From: Dehalococcoidia bacterium
GTDB taxonomy: Bacteria; Chloroflexota; Dehalococcoidia; Plut-88900
Assembly: GCA_965197585.1 (NCBI GenBank)
Contig: OZ240215.1
Coordinates: 2,784,001 to 2,848,000 of the forward strand
Direction: 5' to 3'
DNA length: 64,000 bases
In this document: in pieces, positions 1 through 8,698 of the stretch
How positions within the stretch are numbered: the stretch's first letter is position 1
Layout: each line of letters starts with the position of its first letter
Position numbers and translations under genes: made by a program
The notes under the pieces: generated by a model
Seen by the model: the letters and a program-made list of their open reading frames with translations, nothing else
Databases searched by the model: none
Told to the model about the DNA's origin: nothing

Positions 1-639
1 CGGGAGTCGGTGTGGAGGGCGTTGGGACACGACGACCGGGGGCAAAGCCTGTTGGTACGAGATTTCGAGAATGAATACAGAATCTCGATGCCTCTTCTCG
101 GTGACCATCAGCAGGAGAACGCCGCCACGGCTATAGCGGCTCTGGGTGTGCTTCGGAAAAAAGGTTGGCATATCTCGGACGCAGACGTGCTGGACGGGTT
201 CGCAGACCTGCGCTGGCCGGGTCGGATGGAAGAGCTCGGGAGATGGCCACTGGTCATAGCCGACGGGGCTCACAATGGGGACTCGGCGAGGAGGCTGCGG
301 GAGGCGCTGCTGAAGTACTTCGAGTTTGGGAAGGCGGTGCTGGTGGTGGGGGTGTCGGCGGACAAGAACGTGGAGGACATAGCCTCGGAGCTTCTGCCCC
401 TGGCGTCGACGGTCATATTGACGAAGTCTCGGCACATGAGGGCGGCTGAGCCTGCTGCCATAGCCGACGCTTTCACCCGACCTGATATAATCGTCGAGAC
501 CACGGGGAGTGTGAAAGAGGCGCTAGACAGGGCCAGGGAGATAGCCTTAGAGGAGGACTTGATCTGCGCCACGGGCTCGCTGTTCGTGGTGGGAGAGGCG
601 ATAGAGGCGGTTAAGAGGGTGCCGGTGGAGACATACTGA
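1..639 (+). CDS. folC: Folylpolyglutamate synthase/dihydrofolate synthase, C-terminal part (5' end probably outside window)
   Basis: Motifs GDHQQENAATA, WPGRME, DGAHN, TGSLFVVGE. Confidence 0.9.
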   Translation, partial: RESVWRALGHDDRGQSLLVRDFENEYRISMPLLGDHQQENAATAIAALGVLRKKGWHISDADVLDGFADLRWPGRMEELGRWPLVIADGAHNGDSARRLREALLKYFEFGKAVLVVGVSADKNVEDIASELLPLASTVILTKSRHMRAAEPAAIADAFTRPDIIVETTGSVKEALDRAREIALEEDLICATGSLFVVGEAIEAVKRVPVETY

Positions 640-834
640 ATGGGAAACTTTCGGAACACTTTCACCCTCACTCTCCTCAGCGAGCCTACGGCCCTAGCCC
701 TCTCACGCCTCGGCGCATCTACGACCCATGGAGAGACCTTTGCGTAACTCCCTATGCTGGAACATATTGGTAATACGAGACATGTTATCCAATCCTGAGT
801 CCCCCGCCCCAGATTCCTCGCGGAGCCTCGGAAT

Positions 835-1890
835 TGTGGATGTCAGGTAATTCGTTGACAGAATTAGGTGGATTTAAGGGTCTCCAAAGGGGTCTTTCCG
901 TCCATTGCCTGGTGGGGTCTCTGAGTATTGTAGTAGATCAGGTATTGCTGAAGCTCGTCCTTCAGTTCCGAGACCGATTCGAAGGTTGTCCCCTCCAGCA
1001 GGTCCTCGTTCAAGGTTCTCCAGAACCGCTCTATCTTCCCGTTGGTCTGGGGCCTATAAGGGCGGGTGTAGCGGTGCTTTATGCCCAGCTCATTGAGCAT
1101 CCGTTCCATGGGGTGGCCCTCGGTGTTCCTTGGGGAGGCCATCTCGGGGCCGTTGTCGGTGAGGATGGCCTCGAATTGGATGCCGTACTCCACGTTAAGG
1201 AAATTGATGGACTTCAGAGTAGCAAACATAACGGAGAGACTCTTGATGTCTCCGACCACTTCGGCCCAGGCCAGACGGGTGTAGGCGTCGATGAGGCCCA
1301 CCAGGTAGTAGCGGTGCTTGGTGCCCACGATGGTATCCCGGCTGAGGTAGTGGCTGTCCAGGTGGCCCAGCTCTCCTGCCCGGGTCTTGATGATCTTGCG
1401 CTTCGACTGCTGCATCGGCTTTGTGAGCCTATTGAAACCGTGGCGTCTGGTGATGGCGTAGATGGTGGAGGGCTTAGGGGTGTTGTGTTTAAGGATGGGT
1501 TTGAGTATGGCATAGATCTCGTAACGGTTGGTACCGTTAAGGCGCTCGTTGATGACCTTCTGCTCAATGTAGGGCAGGGTGCGGCGGGACTTCCACCCGG
1601 GACCCCGCTTACGGGGGAGGAAGGCGTTGTCGGAGGGGGAAAGGAGGAACCGGTTGTAGTACTTGGCGAAGGTCTGACGGCTAGTGCCGTGGAAGGAGTA
1701 GAAGTCCTGGGCGAAGCGGAAACGGGGATGCTTCCCTGCCTTGACCAGTTGATACTCATGGATGAGGAACCGCCACTTCTGAATGTAGTTCCGCTCAAGG
1801 GTGAGGTCCTTGCTATTGTCTCGCATTCTCGCCTCCAGATTGGTGTTGGCCTCTTATACCAATCTGTCAACGAATTACCTAACACTTACA
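835..1890 (-). mobile_element. IS481-family insertion sequence
   Basis: 28-bp imperfect TIRs (TGTGGATGTCAGGTAATTCGTTGACAGA vs TGTAAGTGTTAGGTAATTCGTTGACAGA); 5-bp TSD GGAAT at 830-834 and 1891-1895. Confidence 0.9.
864..1826 (-). CDS. IS481-family DDE transposase
   Basis: rve core: HLD, TDNGPE, RPYRPQTNGKIERFWRT, YNTQRPH. Confidence 0.92.
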   Translation of the reverse strand: MRDNSKDLTLERNYIQKWRFLIHEYQLVKAGKHPRFRFAQDFYSFHGTSRQTFAKYYNRFLLSPSDNAFLPRKRGPGWKSRRTLPYIEQKVINERLNGTNRYEIYAILKPILKHNTPKPSTIYAITRRHGFNRLTKPMQQSKRKIIKTRAGELGHLDSHYLSRDTIVGTKHRYYLVGLIDAYTRLAWAEVVGDIKSLSVMFATLKSINFLNVEYGIQFEAILTDNGPEMASPRNTEGHPMERMLNELGIKHRYTRPYRPQTNGKIERFWRTLNEDLLEGTTFESVSELKDELQQYLIYYNTQRPHQAMDGKTPLETLKST

Positions 1891-1993
1891 GGAATGACAG
1901 TTCTGCAAAGGTCCCATCGAGGGAGAGGGGACAGGACCTCCCCGTCTAGCTGGGGAGGCAGGTCGTGAAAGCGTGTAAGGGAGGCACACTCAG

Positions 1994-3283
1994 TTGACTA
2001 CGAGTCCATCGGAAGCCCAACCTCAGTTGACCGACTATAGGGACCGCCCACGGGTGGTGGTGACGGGCCTGGGGGCGGTGACGCCATTGGGGCGGACGGC
2101 TCAGGACTTCTGGAAGAACCTGGTGGACGGGGTGTCGGGGATAGGGCCGATGACGCTGTGCGACACCACGAACTATCCGACCAAGATTGCCGGGGAGATA
2201 CCGGACTTCAACCCGCGTGAGCGGCTCGACGCACGGGACGCGCGGCGGATGTCGAGGTTCAGCCAGATAGCGGTGACGGCAGGGCTTATGGCCGTTGAGG
2301 ACTCGGGGCTGAATATGGAGTCGGAGGACCCGTCGAGGCTGGGCATTGTGCTTGGCAACGGGTGCGGGGGCTTTCCAGACATCGAAGACGGGGGTCGAAT
2401 AGTCGAGACCCGGGGAGGGATGCGGCTCAGCCCCTTCTTCTTCCCGATGATCCTTCCCAACATGGCCACGTCGCAGGTGAGCCGTATACTGGGTTTGAAG
2501 GGGTTCACGAACACGGTGACAACATCGTGCGCGGCGGGGACACAAGGGGTGGGAGACGCCCTGGAGGTGCTCAGGCGGGGCTCGGCGGACGTGATGGTGG
2601 CCGGAGGCACGGAGGCGGGGATCAGCCAACTGGGGCTCGGGGGATTCAGCGTGATGAGGGCACTCTCGACCAGCAACGAGGTTCCGTCGAAGGCCAGCAG
2701 ACCCTTCGACGCGAAGAGGGACGGGTTCGTGCCGGCGGAGGGCGCGGGCATCCTGATAATGGAGACGCTGGAGCACGCTCTAGGCAGGGGTGCAAACATC
2801 CTCTGCGAGGTCACGGGCTACGGGGTCTCTTCCGACGCTTTCCACATGGTGCAACCGGACGACGAAGGTTCCGGCGCGGCCCGGGCAATGAGCTGGGCCA
2901 TCGAGGATGCCAACGTTAGGCCCGACGAGATCGACTACATCAACGCTCACGGAACCTCGACGCCGCTGAACGACTCGGTGGAGACACGTGCGATCAAGAA
3001 TGTGTTTGGGGAAGCGGCGTACAAGGTGGCGATAAGCTCTACGAAGTCGATGATCGGGCATGCGCTGGGCGGGGCGGGGGGAATGGAGTCGGTGGCGTGT
3101 GTGATGACGATAGTGGACGGGGTGATGCACCCGACGATCAACTACGAGTACCCAGACCCCGAGTGCGACCTGGACTACGTCCCCAACGAGGCGCGTCGGC
3201 AGACGGTGGGGAAGGTGCTGTCGAACAGCTTCGGGTTTGGGGGGCAGAATGCGTGTCTGGTGTTTGAGAGGTACGAGGGGTAA
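1994..3283 (+). CDS. fabF: Beta-ketoacyl-ACP synthase II
   Basis: VVVTGLGAVTPLG, TSCAAG, INAHGTSTPLND, KSMIGH, SNSFGFGGQN. Confidence 0.95.
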   Translation: MTTSPSEAQPQLTDYRDRPRVVVTGLGAVTPLGRTAQDFWKNLVDGVSGIGPMTLCDTTNYPTKIAGEIPDFNPRERLDARDARRMSRFSQIAVTAGLMAVEDSGLNMESEDPSRLGIVLGNGCGGFPDIEDGGRIVETRGGMRLSPFFFPMILPNMATSQVSRILGLKGFTNTVTTSCAAGTQGVGDALEVLRRGSADVMVAGGTEAGISQLGLGGFSVMRALSTSNEVPSKASRPFDAKRDGFVPAEGAGILIMETLEHALGRGANILCEVTGYGVSSDAFHMVQPDDEGSGAARAMSWAIEDANVRPDEIDYINAHGTSTPLNDSVETRAIKNVFGEAAYKVAISSTKSMIGHALGGAGGMESVACVMTIVDGVMHPTINYEYPDPECDLDYVPNEARRQTVGKVLSNSFGFGGQNACLVFERYEG

Positions 3284-3300
3284 GACACCCTTGCCTCCCC

Positions 3301-3533
3301 CCCGCTCATACTTCGAGAGCCTCAGCACGAGCGGCCCCTGCACCCCGCTATTTCACCCTCACTCTCCTCAGCGAGCCTACGGCCCTAGCCCTCTCACGCC
3401 TCGGCGCATCTACGACCCATCGAGGGAGAGGGGATTGGACCCCGCCCATTCCGCTCTTGAGACCCCCTTCGAGAGCCTCAGGACAGGCTTCGACTAAGCT
3501 CACGCCACGGCGTATCTTCGACAGGGCGAGCGG
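3301..3533 (+). repeat. Composite intergenic palindromic repeat cluster
   Basis: CCCGCTCATACTTCGAGAGCCTCAGCACGAGCGG unit (variants near 7227, 13482, 17692, 28952, 29093, 34407, 52720, 56402); 3351-3420 is identical to 660-729. Confidence 0.85.
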
Positions 3534-3622
3534 AATACACCACCCCTTCCGTCTAAATCAATGGCAATGGCCCAAGCGTGACGCGCTTGGGCCATTTGCG
3601 TGTCGGGGGGAAGGGCGAGCGG

Positions 3623-3871
3623 TTAGCTCTTAACGTATTCGACGCGGGGGAGCATGGGGTCGAACATGCGCTCGAGGGCCATGGTGTGGCTGCACATATT
3701 CCAGGAGGTGAAAAAGCCGCAGTCGCATCGGAGGATGCCGTCGTCATAGGTGACGTTGTGGCGCTGGTGGGCGCCTCGGAAGCTAAGGCTGAAGTTGTTG
3801 AACTGCACTCTGTCGGGCTCTTCAGCGTAGGCCTTGGCCTTCTGTATCTTACCTATGAGACTTGACTGCAT
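3623..3871 (-). CDS. Small SWIM-type zinc-finger protein
   Basis: CDC-x8-CSH motif; GGAGAG RBS upstream. Confidence 0.75.
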   Translation of the reverse strand: MQSSLIGKIQKAKAYAEEPDRVQFNNFSLSFRGAHQRHNVTYDDGILRCDCGFFTSWNMCSHTMALERMFDPMLPRVEYVKS

Positions 3872-4067
3872 GTGCTCTCCTCACTGGTTCACTCTCCTGC
3901 GGACTCCCAAGGAATCTTGCGCCGGGCCCCGGGGGCCTAATTGATTTTACATATATCGTGTCTCGGAGGTCAACGAGAGGGGGTAAGAGAGTAGACTACA
4001 GAAGTACTCTCCCTATGTCATTTACAATAACTGCATGCTCAAATTTAACCTTTAGGAAGGCATTCCA

Positions 4068-4535
4068 ATGGAAATTAGTGATCTGTCTCAGAGCTTTCAA
4101 TCCATAGTCGGAGGGCTTCAAGCTCTGACTTCTTTGACACGGAAGGCGGAGCAACAAGGGGTAAGTGACGAATTCACGAAGGAATTGAATTCGACCATCA
4201 TCAATATGCAGACTGCTGTAATGGATGCGCAATCAATGACCCTAGAAGCCCAAGGCGAGCAGTCCCGTCTCATCGCGCGTGTAACGGAGCTAGAGGAAGA
4301 GTTGAAACAAAAGGTCAATTGGGAAGGAGAGAAGGCCCGATACAAGTTGACAATGTGGGGCGGCAACCATGTGTATCAGTTACGAGAAGACTTGAATCAA
4401 GATTCCGAACCGACACATTTCTTATGTCCAACTTGCTATGAAAATGGCGTCAAGTCTATCCTGCAGGCGTACTATTGGGACAATAGGCCTCATACCCGTT
4501 GCCTGAGGTGTGCCCAGGACTTTCTTGCATCATAG
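4068..4535 (+). CDS. Hypothetical coiled-coil protein with C-terminal Zn ribbon (low GC)
   Basis: CPTC...CLRC; heptad-like middle region; AGGAAGG RBS. Confidence 0.75.
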   Translation: MEISDLSQSFQSIVGGLQALTSLTRKAEQQGVSDEFTKELNSTIINMQTAVMDAQSMTLEAQGEQSRLIARVTELEEELKQKVNWEGEKARYKLTMWGGNHVYQLREDLNQDSEPTHFLCPTCYENGVKSILQAYYWDNRPHTRCLRCAQDFLAS

Positions 4536-4818
4536 AGCACCGCGAAATTATCCGTTTCCGCAAAATTAAATGTCGTTGGCCTTATGCGCCTAACCTTCGT
4601 GCGTGAATACCCGCCTTTCCGGTAATACACCCCTCCAGCCATATTCATAAACTCGTCTGGGTGAGAAAACGCTATTAACTCCCGAGCCCGCTCCCTGATC
4701 GACATCCAAAGAAGCTGCACCACGTGAGCGAGCACTTGGCGGTTGTTTTGCGGCTGGTTGATATAGAGGTGATAGACTGGTCGCCTAAGGGTGGCAGGGG
4801 ACGAATAAAAGGTGTGTG

Positions 4819-5107
4819 ATGATTCGGATAACGACTCGGGTCACGGACTCAGTAGCCAAGGCTCTGGGTGAGGCAGCGTCGCGGCAGGGGAGGAGCCGGG
4901 CGGACTTGGTGCGCTGAATAATCGGGCAATACTTGGAAGATTGCGACGACCTCTCGACGGCATTGCAGAGGTTGCAGGACCCGTTGGACCCGGTAGAGGA
5001 CTGGGAGGAGGTCAGGCGTACCCTTCTCCATTCGAATTGAGTGCAGTGCGGCGAAGGAACTGGATTCGGTTAGCAAGGAGAAGCGGAACCGGCTGGTGGT
5101 AGGCTAG
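4819..5107 (+). pseudogene. Decayed RHH antitoxin plus truncated RelE-like toxin
   Basis: MIRITTRVTDSVAKALGEAASRQGRSRADLVR*IIGQYLED...EDWEEVRR with in-frame TGA at 4915-4917; overlapping FSIRIECSAAKELDSV fragment ending at 5107. Confidence 0.7.
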
Positions 5108-5362
5108 GTGAATACAACGCGTTATTTTGATGAGCAAGTGCGCCGCAAGCGGCCCTATATTGAATTGTCGTGGTGTGCCCAAATCGTCGCCTCGCCGATC
5201 CATAGGGAAAAGCAGGAAGACGGACGCATACGTTTTTGGGGAGAGGTAAAATTACCGGACGAAACTAGTCCCCGTTATTTGCGCGTGATAACGCTAGAAG
5301 ATGGACAGACTATCCACAACGCTTTCTTCGATAGGCGTTTTCGTAAGGAGGGGCGACTATGA
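5108..5362 (+). CDS. Putative toxin (DUF4258/RelE-like)
   Basis: 84 aa; YLRVITLEDGQTIHNAFFDR; 4-bp overlap with downstream DUF2283-like gene. Confidence 0.7.
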   Translation: MNTTRYFDEQVRRKRPYIELSWCAQIVASPIHREKQEDGRIRFWGEVKLPDETSPRYLRVITLEDGQTIHNAFFDRRFRKEGRL

Positions 5363-5574
5363 AGCTTCATTACTACCCGGAGACGGATAGCCTATACGTG
5401 GAGTTCAAGGTAGGGCCGGGGACGGAGACGGTGGAGGTAACGGAAGGGTTGAACGTGGACCTGGATGAGGAAGGTGTGGTGGTGGGGTTCGACATAGATC
5501 ATGCGTCCCGGCGCCTAGACCTGTCTACTCTGGAAACCACGGCGCTGCCGCTTCACAGCATGAAGGCCGGCTGA
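5359..5574 (+). CDS. DUF2283-like putative antitoxin
   Basis: YYPETDSLYV...VDLDEEGVVVGFDI pattern. Confidence 0.8.
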   Translation: MKLHYYPETDSLYVEFKVGPGTETVEVTEGLNVDLDEEGVVVGFDIDHASRRLDLSTLETTALPLHSMKAG

Positions 5575-5682
5575 TTGCGTCGGGGGTGGCGGCCCCTCAC
5601 CGGGAATGGGTCAAACCGCAGCCAAAGTCGGACTTTCAGCACGACGCATTTGCGGCTGGCTCGGGATCCGGAATGCCGCGGA

Positions 5683-7158
5683 TTAAGGGTAAAACAACCC
5701 TTCCGCGGCCTTCGTCAGCTCCGCCCGGAAATCCGGATGGGCAATCGAGATTAGCTCCCTAGCGCGTTCGCGGTTGGACTTGCCGAGGAGTTGGGCGACG
5801 CCGTACTCGGTGATGATGGTGTCGGCGAAGGTGCGGGGGACGCTGACAATGGTGCCTTCCTCGTGCTGGGGCACGATTCTCGATGCTATGCCGCCCAGGG
5901 CCGTAGACCTGAGCAGGGTGATGCCTCGGCCACCCCTGGACATCACCGCTCCCATCTGGAAGTCGAACTGACCGCCGGTGCCGCTCATCAGGCGACCCCC
6001 GAAGACGGTCTCGGCGTTGATCTGGCCGGTAAGGTCGACGGAAAGAGCGTTGTTTATGGAGACCATATTGTCATTGAGGGCGGCGGTTGTGGCTTTAGCG
6101 ACGTAGTCGACGTCAAGCTGCTCGATGAGGGGGTTTTCGTGGGCGTAGTCGAGCTCCTTGTAGGTGGACCCGAGCAGCGCCCCGAATATGGCCTTGTCCT
6201 TGTGCAGAGTTTTGCGGGCCCCGGTGATCACACCCCGTCTGATGAGGTCGATTACTCCGGGGATTCCCATTTCGGAGTGCCAGCCCAGGTCTTTCTTGTC
6301 GTCGAAGGCGCCGACGGTGGCGAGGAAGCGGCTCGGGGTTCCAGTGCCGATCTGCAGGGTAGCGCCATCTTTCACGAGCTCCGAAACGTAGCCGGCGATT
6401 GTCTTGGCGTCCTCCGAGGGCTCGATCCAGCACTGGTAGGCCGCAAATCGCTGGATCTGCTTCACGCCTCTCGACACCAGGTGAGGGAGATGTTCGGAGC
6501 GGTCTCGTGGGTCCATATTGGGGACGAACTCGTCCAGGAGTGCATGCACTTCTTTGTCTTCCACCGAGGCCAGCAAGTCCGAAGCCTGGGCGTCGGACAG
6601 CTGGACGGCTGTGTGCTCCACGAACTTGTCTATTTCCGAGACGTGGACGTAGTTGTGCCCGTAGGTCCGTATCTGCGAACTATCTACCTGGGCAATGACC
6701 TTCTTGGACCGTCGGACGAAGCCCCGCTTGTTCCAGAGGTGCCCGCCGAAGCTGCAGTAACCGTTGGCGTCGGGGGGCGATGTGACGACCATGAACACGT
6801 CCATTGGAGGCACGTCGCCGAAGTCGGTCGAATAGCGCTGGAACTGGGTGGAGAAGATCATGGGGATGTAGTCGACGATGCGTCGGTCGAGGGCCGAGCG
6901 GCCCATCTCCCCGAGGATCTGCTCGATGGTCACGACGAAAGAGTCGCTCCAGCTTGGGTCGAACCAACCGGGGTCCTCGATTGGAGCATCGCAGGTTATC
7001 TTGATGTCTTTGAGTTCATCGCGGCGCGCGGCAAGGGCGTGGATGAGGGAGTCGGGGTGGGGGTAGATGGGGATATAGACCCGGTCGCGGGAGTCGACGA
7101 GTTGGACGGCCTCCTCGGGGGAGACGAGGTTGCGGTTATAGTGGTCTTGCCAGGTCAC
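5683..7158 (-). CDS. Acetyl-CoA hydrolase / 4-hydroxybutyrate CoA-transferase family
   Basis: TLQIGTG, DLGWHSEM, INNALSVDLTGQ, SGTGGQFDF, ITEYGVA, IAHPDFR. Confidence 0.92.
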   Translation of the reverse strand: MTWQDHYNRNLVSPEEAVQLVDSRDRVYIPIYPHPDSLIHALAARRDELKDIKITCDAPIEDPGWFDPSWSDSFVVTIEQILGEMGRSALDRRIVDYIPMIFSTQFQRYSTDFGDVPPMDVFMVVTSPPDANGYCSFGGHLWNKRGFVRRSKKVIAQVDSSQIRTYGHNYVHVSEIDKFVEHTAVQLSDAQASDLLASVEDKEVHALLDEFVPNMDPRDRSEHLPHLVSRGVKQIQRFAAYQCWIEPSEDAKTIAGYVSELVKDGATLQIGTGTPSRFLATVGAFDDKKDLGWHSEMGIPGVIDLIRRGVITGARKTLHKDKAIFGALLGSTYKELDYAHENPLIEQLDVDYVAKATTAALNDNMVSINNALSVDLTGQINAETVFGGRLMSGTGGQFDFQMGAVMSRGGRGITLLRSTALGGIASRIVPQHEEGTIVSVPRTFADTIITEYGVAQLLGKSNRERARELISIAHPDFRAELTKAAEGLFYP

Positions 7159-7336
7159 GGCTGGTTGACTTTCTTGGTGCGCCGTTTAGCTAGTCCTGTC
7201 GCATTGAGGGAGAGGGGATAGGACCCCCCGCTCATACTTCGAGTGCCTCAGCACGAGCGGCCCAAGCCCCACCATGAGAAGTTAGGCAAAGGTTACGCCT
7301 CGGCGCATCTGCGACTCATTGAGCAAGGAGGGGATG

Positions 7337-7975
7337 CTAGTAGCGGACTCGGCCGGGGAAGGTTAGGTTCCAGTAGGTGGCAGTGGGCTTTACCTCGAAG
7401 AGGTGCCAGAAGTTCTTGATGTTGTTGGGGTAGACTTCCCGCTCGAAGCGCTCCCAGTCTTCCTTGGAGTCCCAGCCCGTGACTTGGGAACCGACCCTAT
7501 CCTCCTCGGTCGAAAGGAGGACGCATACGAAGCGGTTCCCGGGGGCTGCGATCAGTGGAGCCATGACCTCTTCCCTGTAGTGCCCGGCCACCGTTTCCAC
7601 CTGCCCCTCGTGGAGCTTGAAGCGGCTGGTCCTGACGTACATAGGCGAGGGGTTGGCGAGGGAGTTTTCGTTGATCTGGATGGTGCCGGGCCACCTGGTC
7701 TCCCAGTAGTTCACCTGAAAAGGCCCATCGAAGCCGCCCTTCCAGCGGGCATAGAGGGCTGGCCGAACCACGCTCTCGAAGTGGTCGCAGTCTTCCTTGG
7801 ATTCCCAAGCGCTGACGAAGAGCCCGTTCTGTTCATCGTCGGGCGAGGTCATTACGGCGAAGAGTCGGTTGCCGGGGGCCGCTGTAATGGGGCCCATCAT
7901 CTGTTCGCGGATGCCGGATTTTAGGTCGGCGAGGCCCTCGGGGGTCAGGCGGTACCTGCTGGTGCGTACGTACAT
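7337..7975 (-). CDS. Tandem ABM-like (dimeric alpha-beta barrel) protein
   Basis: Two internal repeats YVRTSR...PGNR...W(E/D)SKED. Confidence 0.65.
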   Translation of the reverse strand: MYVRTSRYRLTPEGLADLKSGIREQMMGPITAAPGNRLFAVMTSPDDEQNGLFVSAWESKEDCDHFESVVRPALYARWKGGFDGPFQVNYWETRWPGTIQINENSLANPSPMYVRTSRFKLHEGQVETVAGHYREEVMAPLIAAPGNRFVCVLLSTEEDRVGSQVTGWDSKEDWERFEREVYPNNIKNFWHLFEVKPTATYWNLTFPGRVRY

Positions 7976-7997
7976 AGCTTTCCGTCCAGTCTTTCGA

Positions 7998-8633
7998 TTA
8001 GAAGTTGGCGATCACGGGAAACTTGATGGTCCAGAAGGTGGCTACAGGCGGCTCCTCGAAGACGTGCTTTACCTTTCCGAAGACCTTCGGGAACACGTTG
8101 TTCAAGTAGTTGTCGCAGGCCTCCTTGGAGTCCCATCCCGTGACCTGGGACCCGACCCTCGCCTCATCCGCGGAGTGGAGCACGAAGAGGAAGCGGTTGC
8201 CCGGCTGTGTCATCACGGGCTTGATGACCTCCTCATCGAAGTTGTCGTGCACATGGGTGACGCCCTCGGGCTTGAACTTGAAGCGGCTGGTGCGGACGTA
8301 GCAATTCGGGCCTGCGGCTTGCAGGGGGTTGAAGACCAGTTTGCCGGGCCAGTTGATCTCCCAGAAGACCGGGACAGGGGGCTCGTCGAAGACCCACTTC
8401 CACTCTTCCCAGACTGCTGGGTAGACCTCGTTGAGGTAACGGTCGCAGGCTTCTCTGGAGTCCCAGCCGGACACCTGACGAACCTCGAGAGGGTTGTCGG
8501 CGTTCATGAGGACGGCGCAGAAGCGGCCGCCGGGGCTGTCGAGTATCGGACCGGCCACGTTGGTCTGATAGCCCTTCTCGACGGAGGGAATGGACTCCGC
8601 CTTAAGTAAGGCCCGTCTATCCATAACGAACAT
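7998..8633 (-). CDS. Tandem ABM-like protein, paralog of its neighbour
   Basis: Shares YVRTSRFK, PGNRF, RVGSQVTGWDSKE with 7337-7975. Confidence 0.65.
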   Translation of the reverse strand: MFVMDRRALLKAESIPSVEKGYQTNVAGPILDSPGGRFCAVLMNADNPLEVRQVSGWDSREACDRYLNEVYPAVWEEWKWVFDEPPVPVFWEINWPGKLVFNPLQAAGPNCYVRTSRFKFKPEGVTHVHDNFDEEVIKPVMTQPGNRFLFVLHSADEARVGSQVTGWDSKEACDNYLNNVFPKVFGKVKHVFEEPPVATFWTIKFPVIANF

Positions 8634-8698
8634 AATAAGCTCCCTGGTGCCTGAGTCTCGGGATTAGAATGGCGGGGTTATTGTAGCACGGGCTCCGG

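Larger units (their letters stand above)
733..1915. mobile_element. MITE-like element (about 120 bp when empty) interrupted by IS481
   Basis: Ends GAGACCTTTGCGTAACT / AGTTCTGCAAAGGTCCC; near-TSD ATGGA/ATCGA; related copy at 13421-13550. Confidence 0.6.

Noticed and set aside
834-1949. 371-aa + strand ORF and many other long antisense ORFs (e.g. 5791-7221, 26683-27756, 62975-63844)
   Set aside because: Shadows of well-supported genes on the opposite strand in GC-rich DNA.
4915-4917. In-frame TGA in the RHH antitoxin as possible selenocysteine
   Set aside because: Not at a catalytic Cys-like position and the partner toxin is truncated; a nonsense mutation is simpler.
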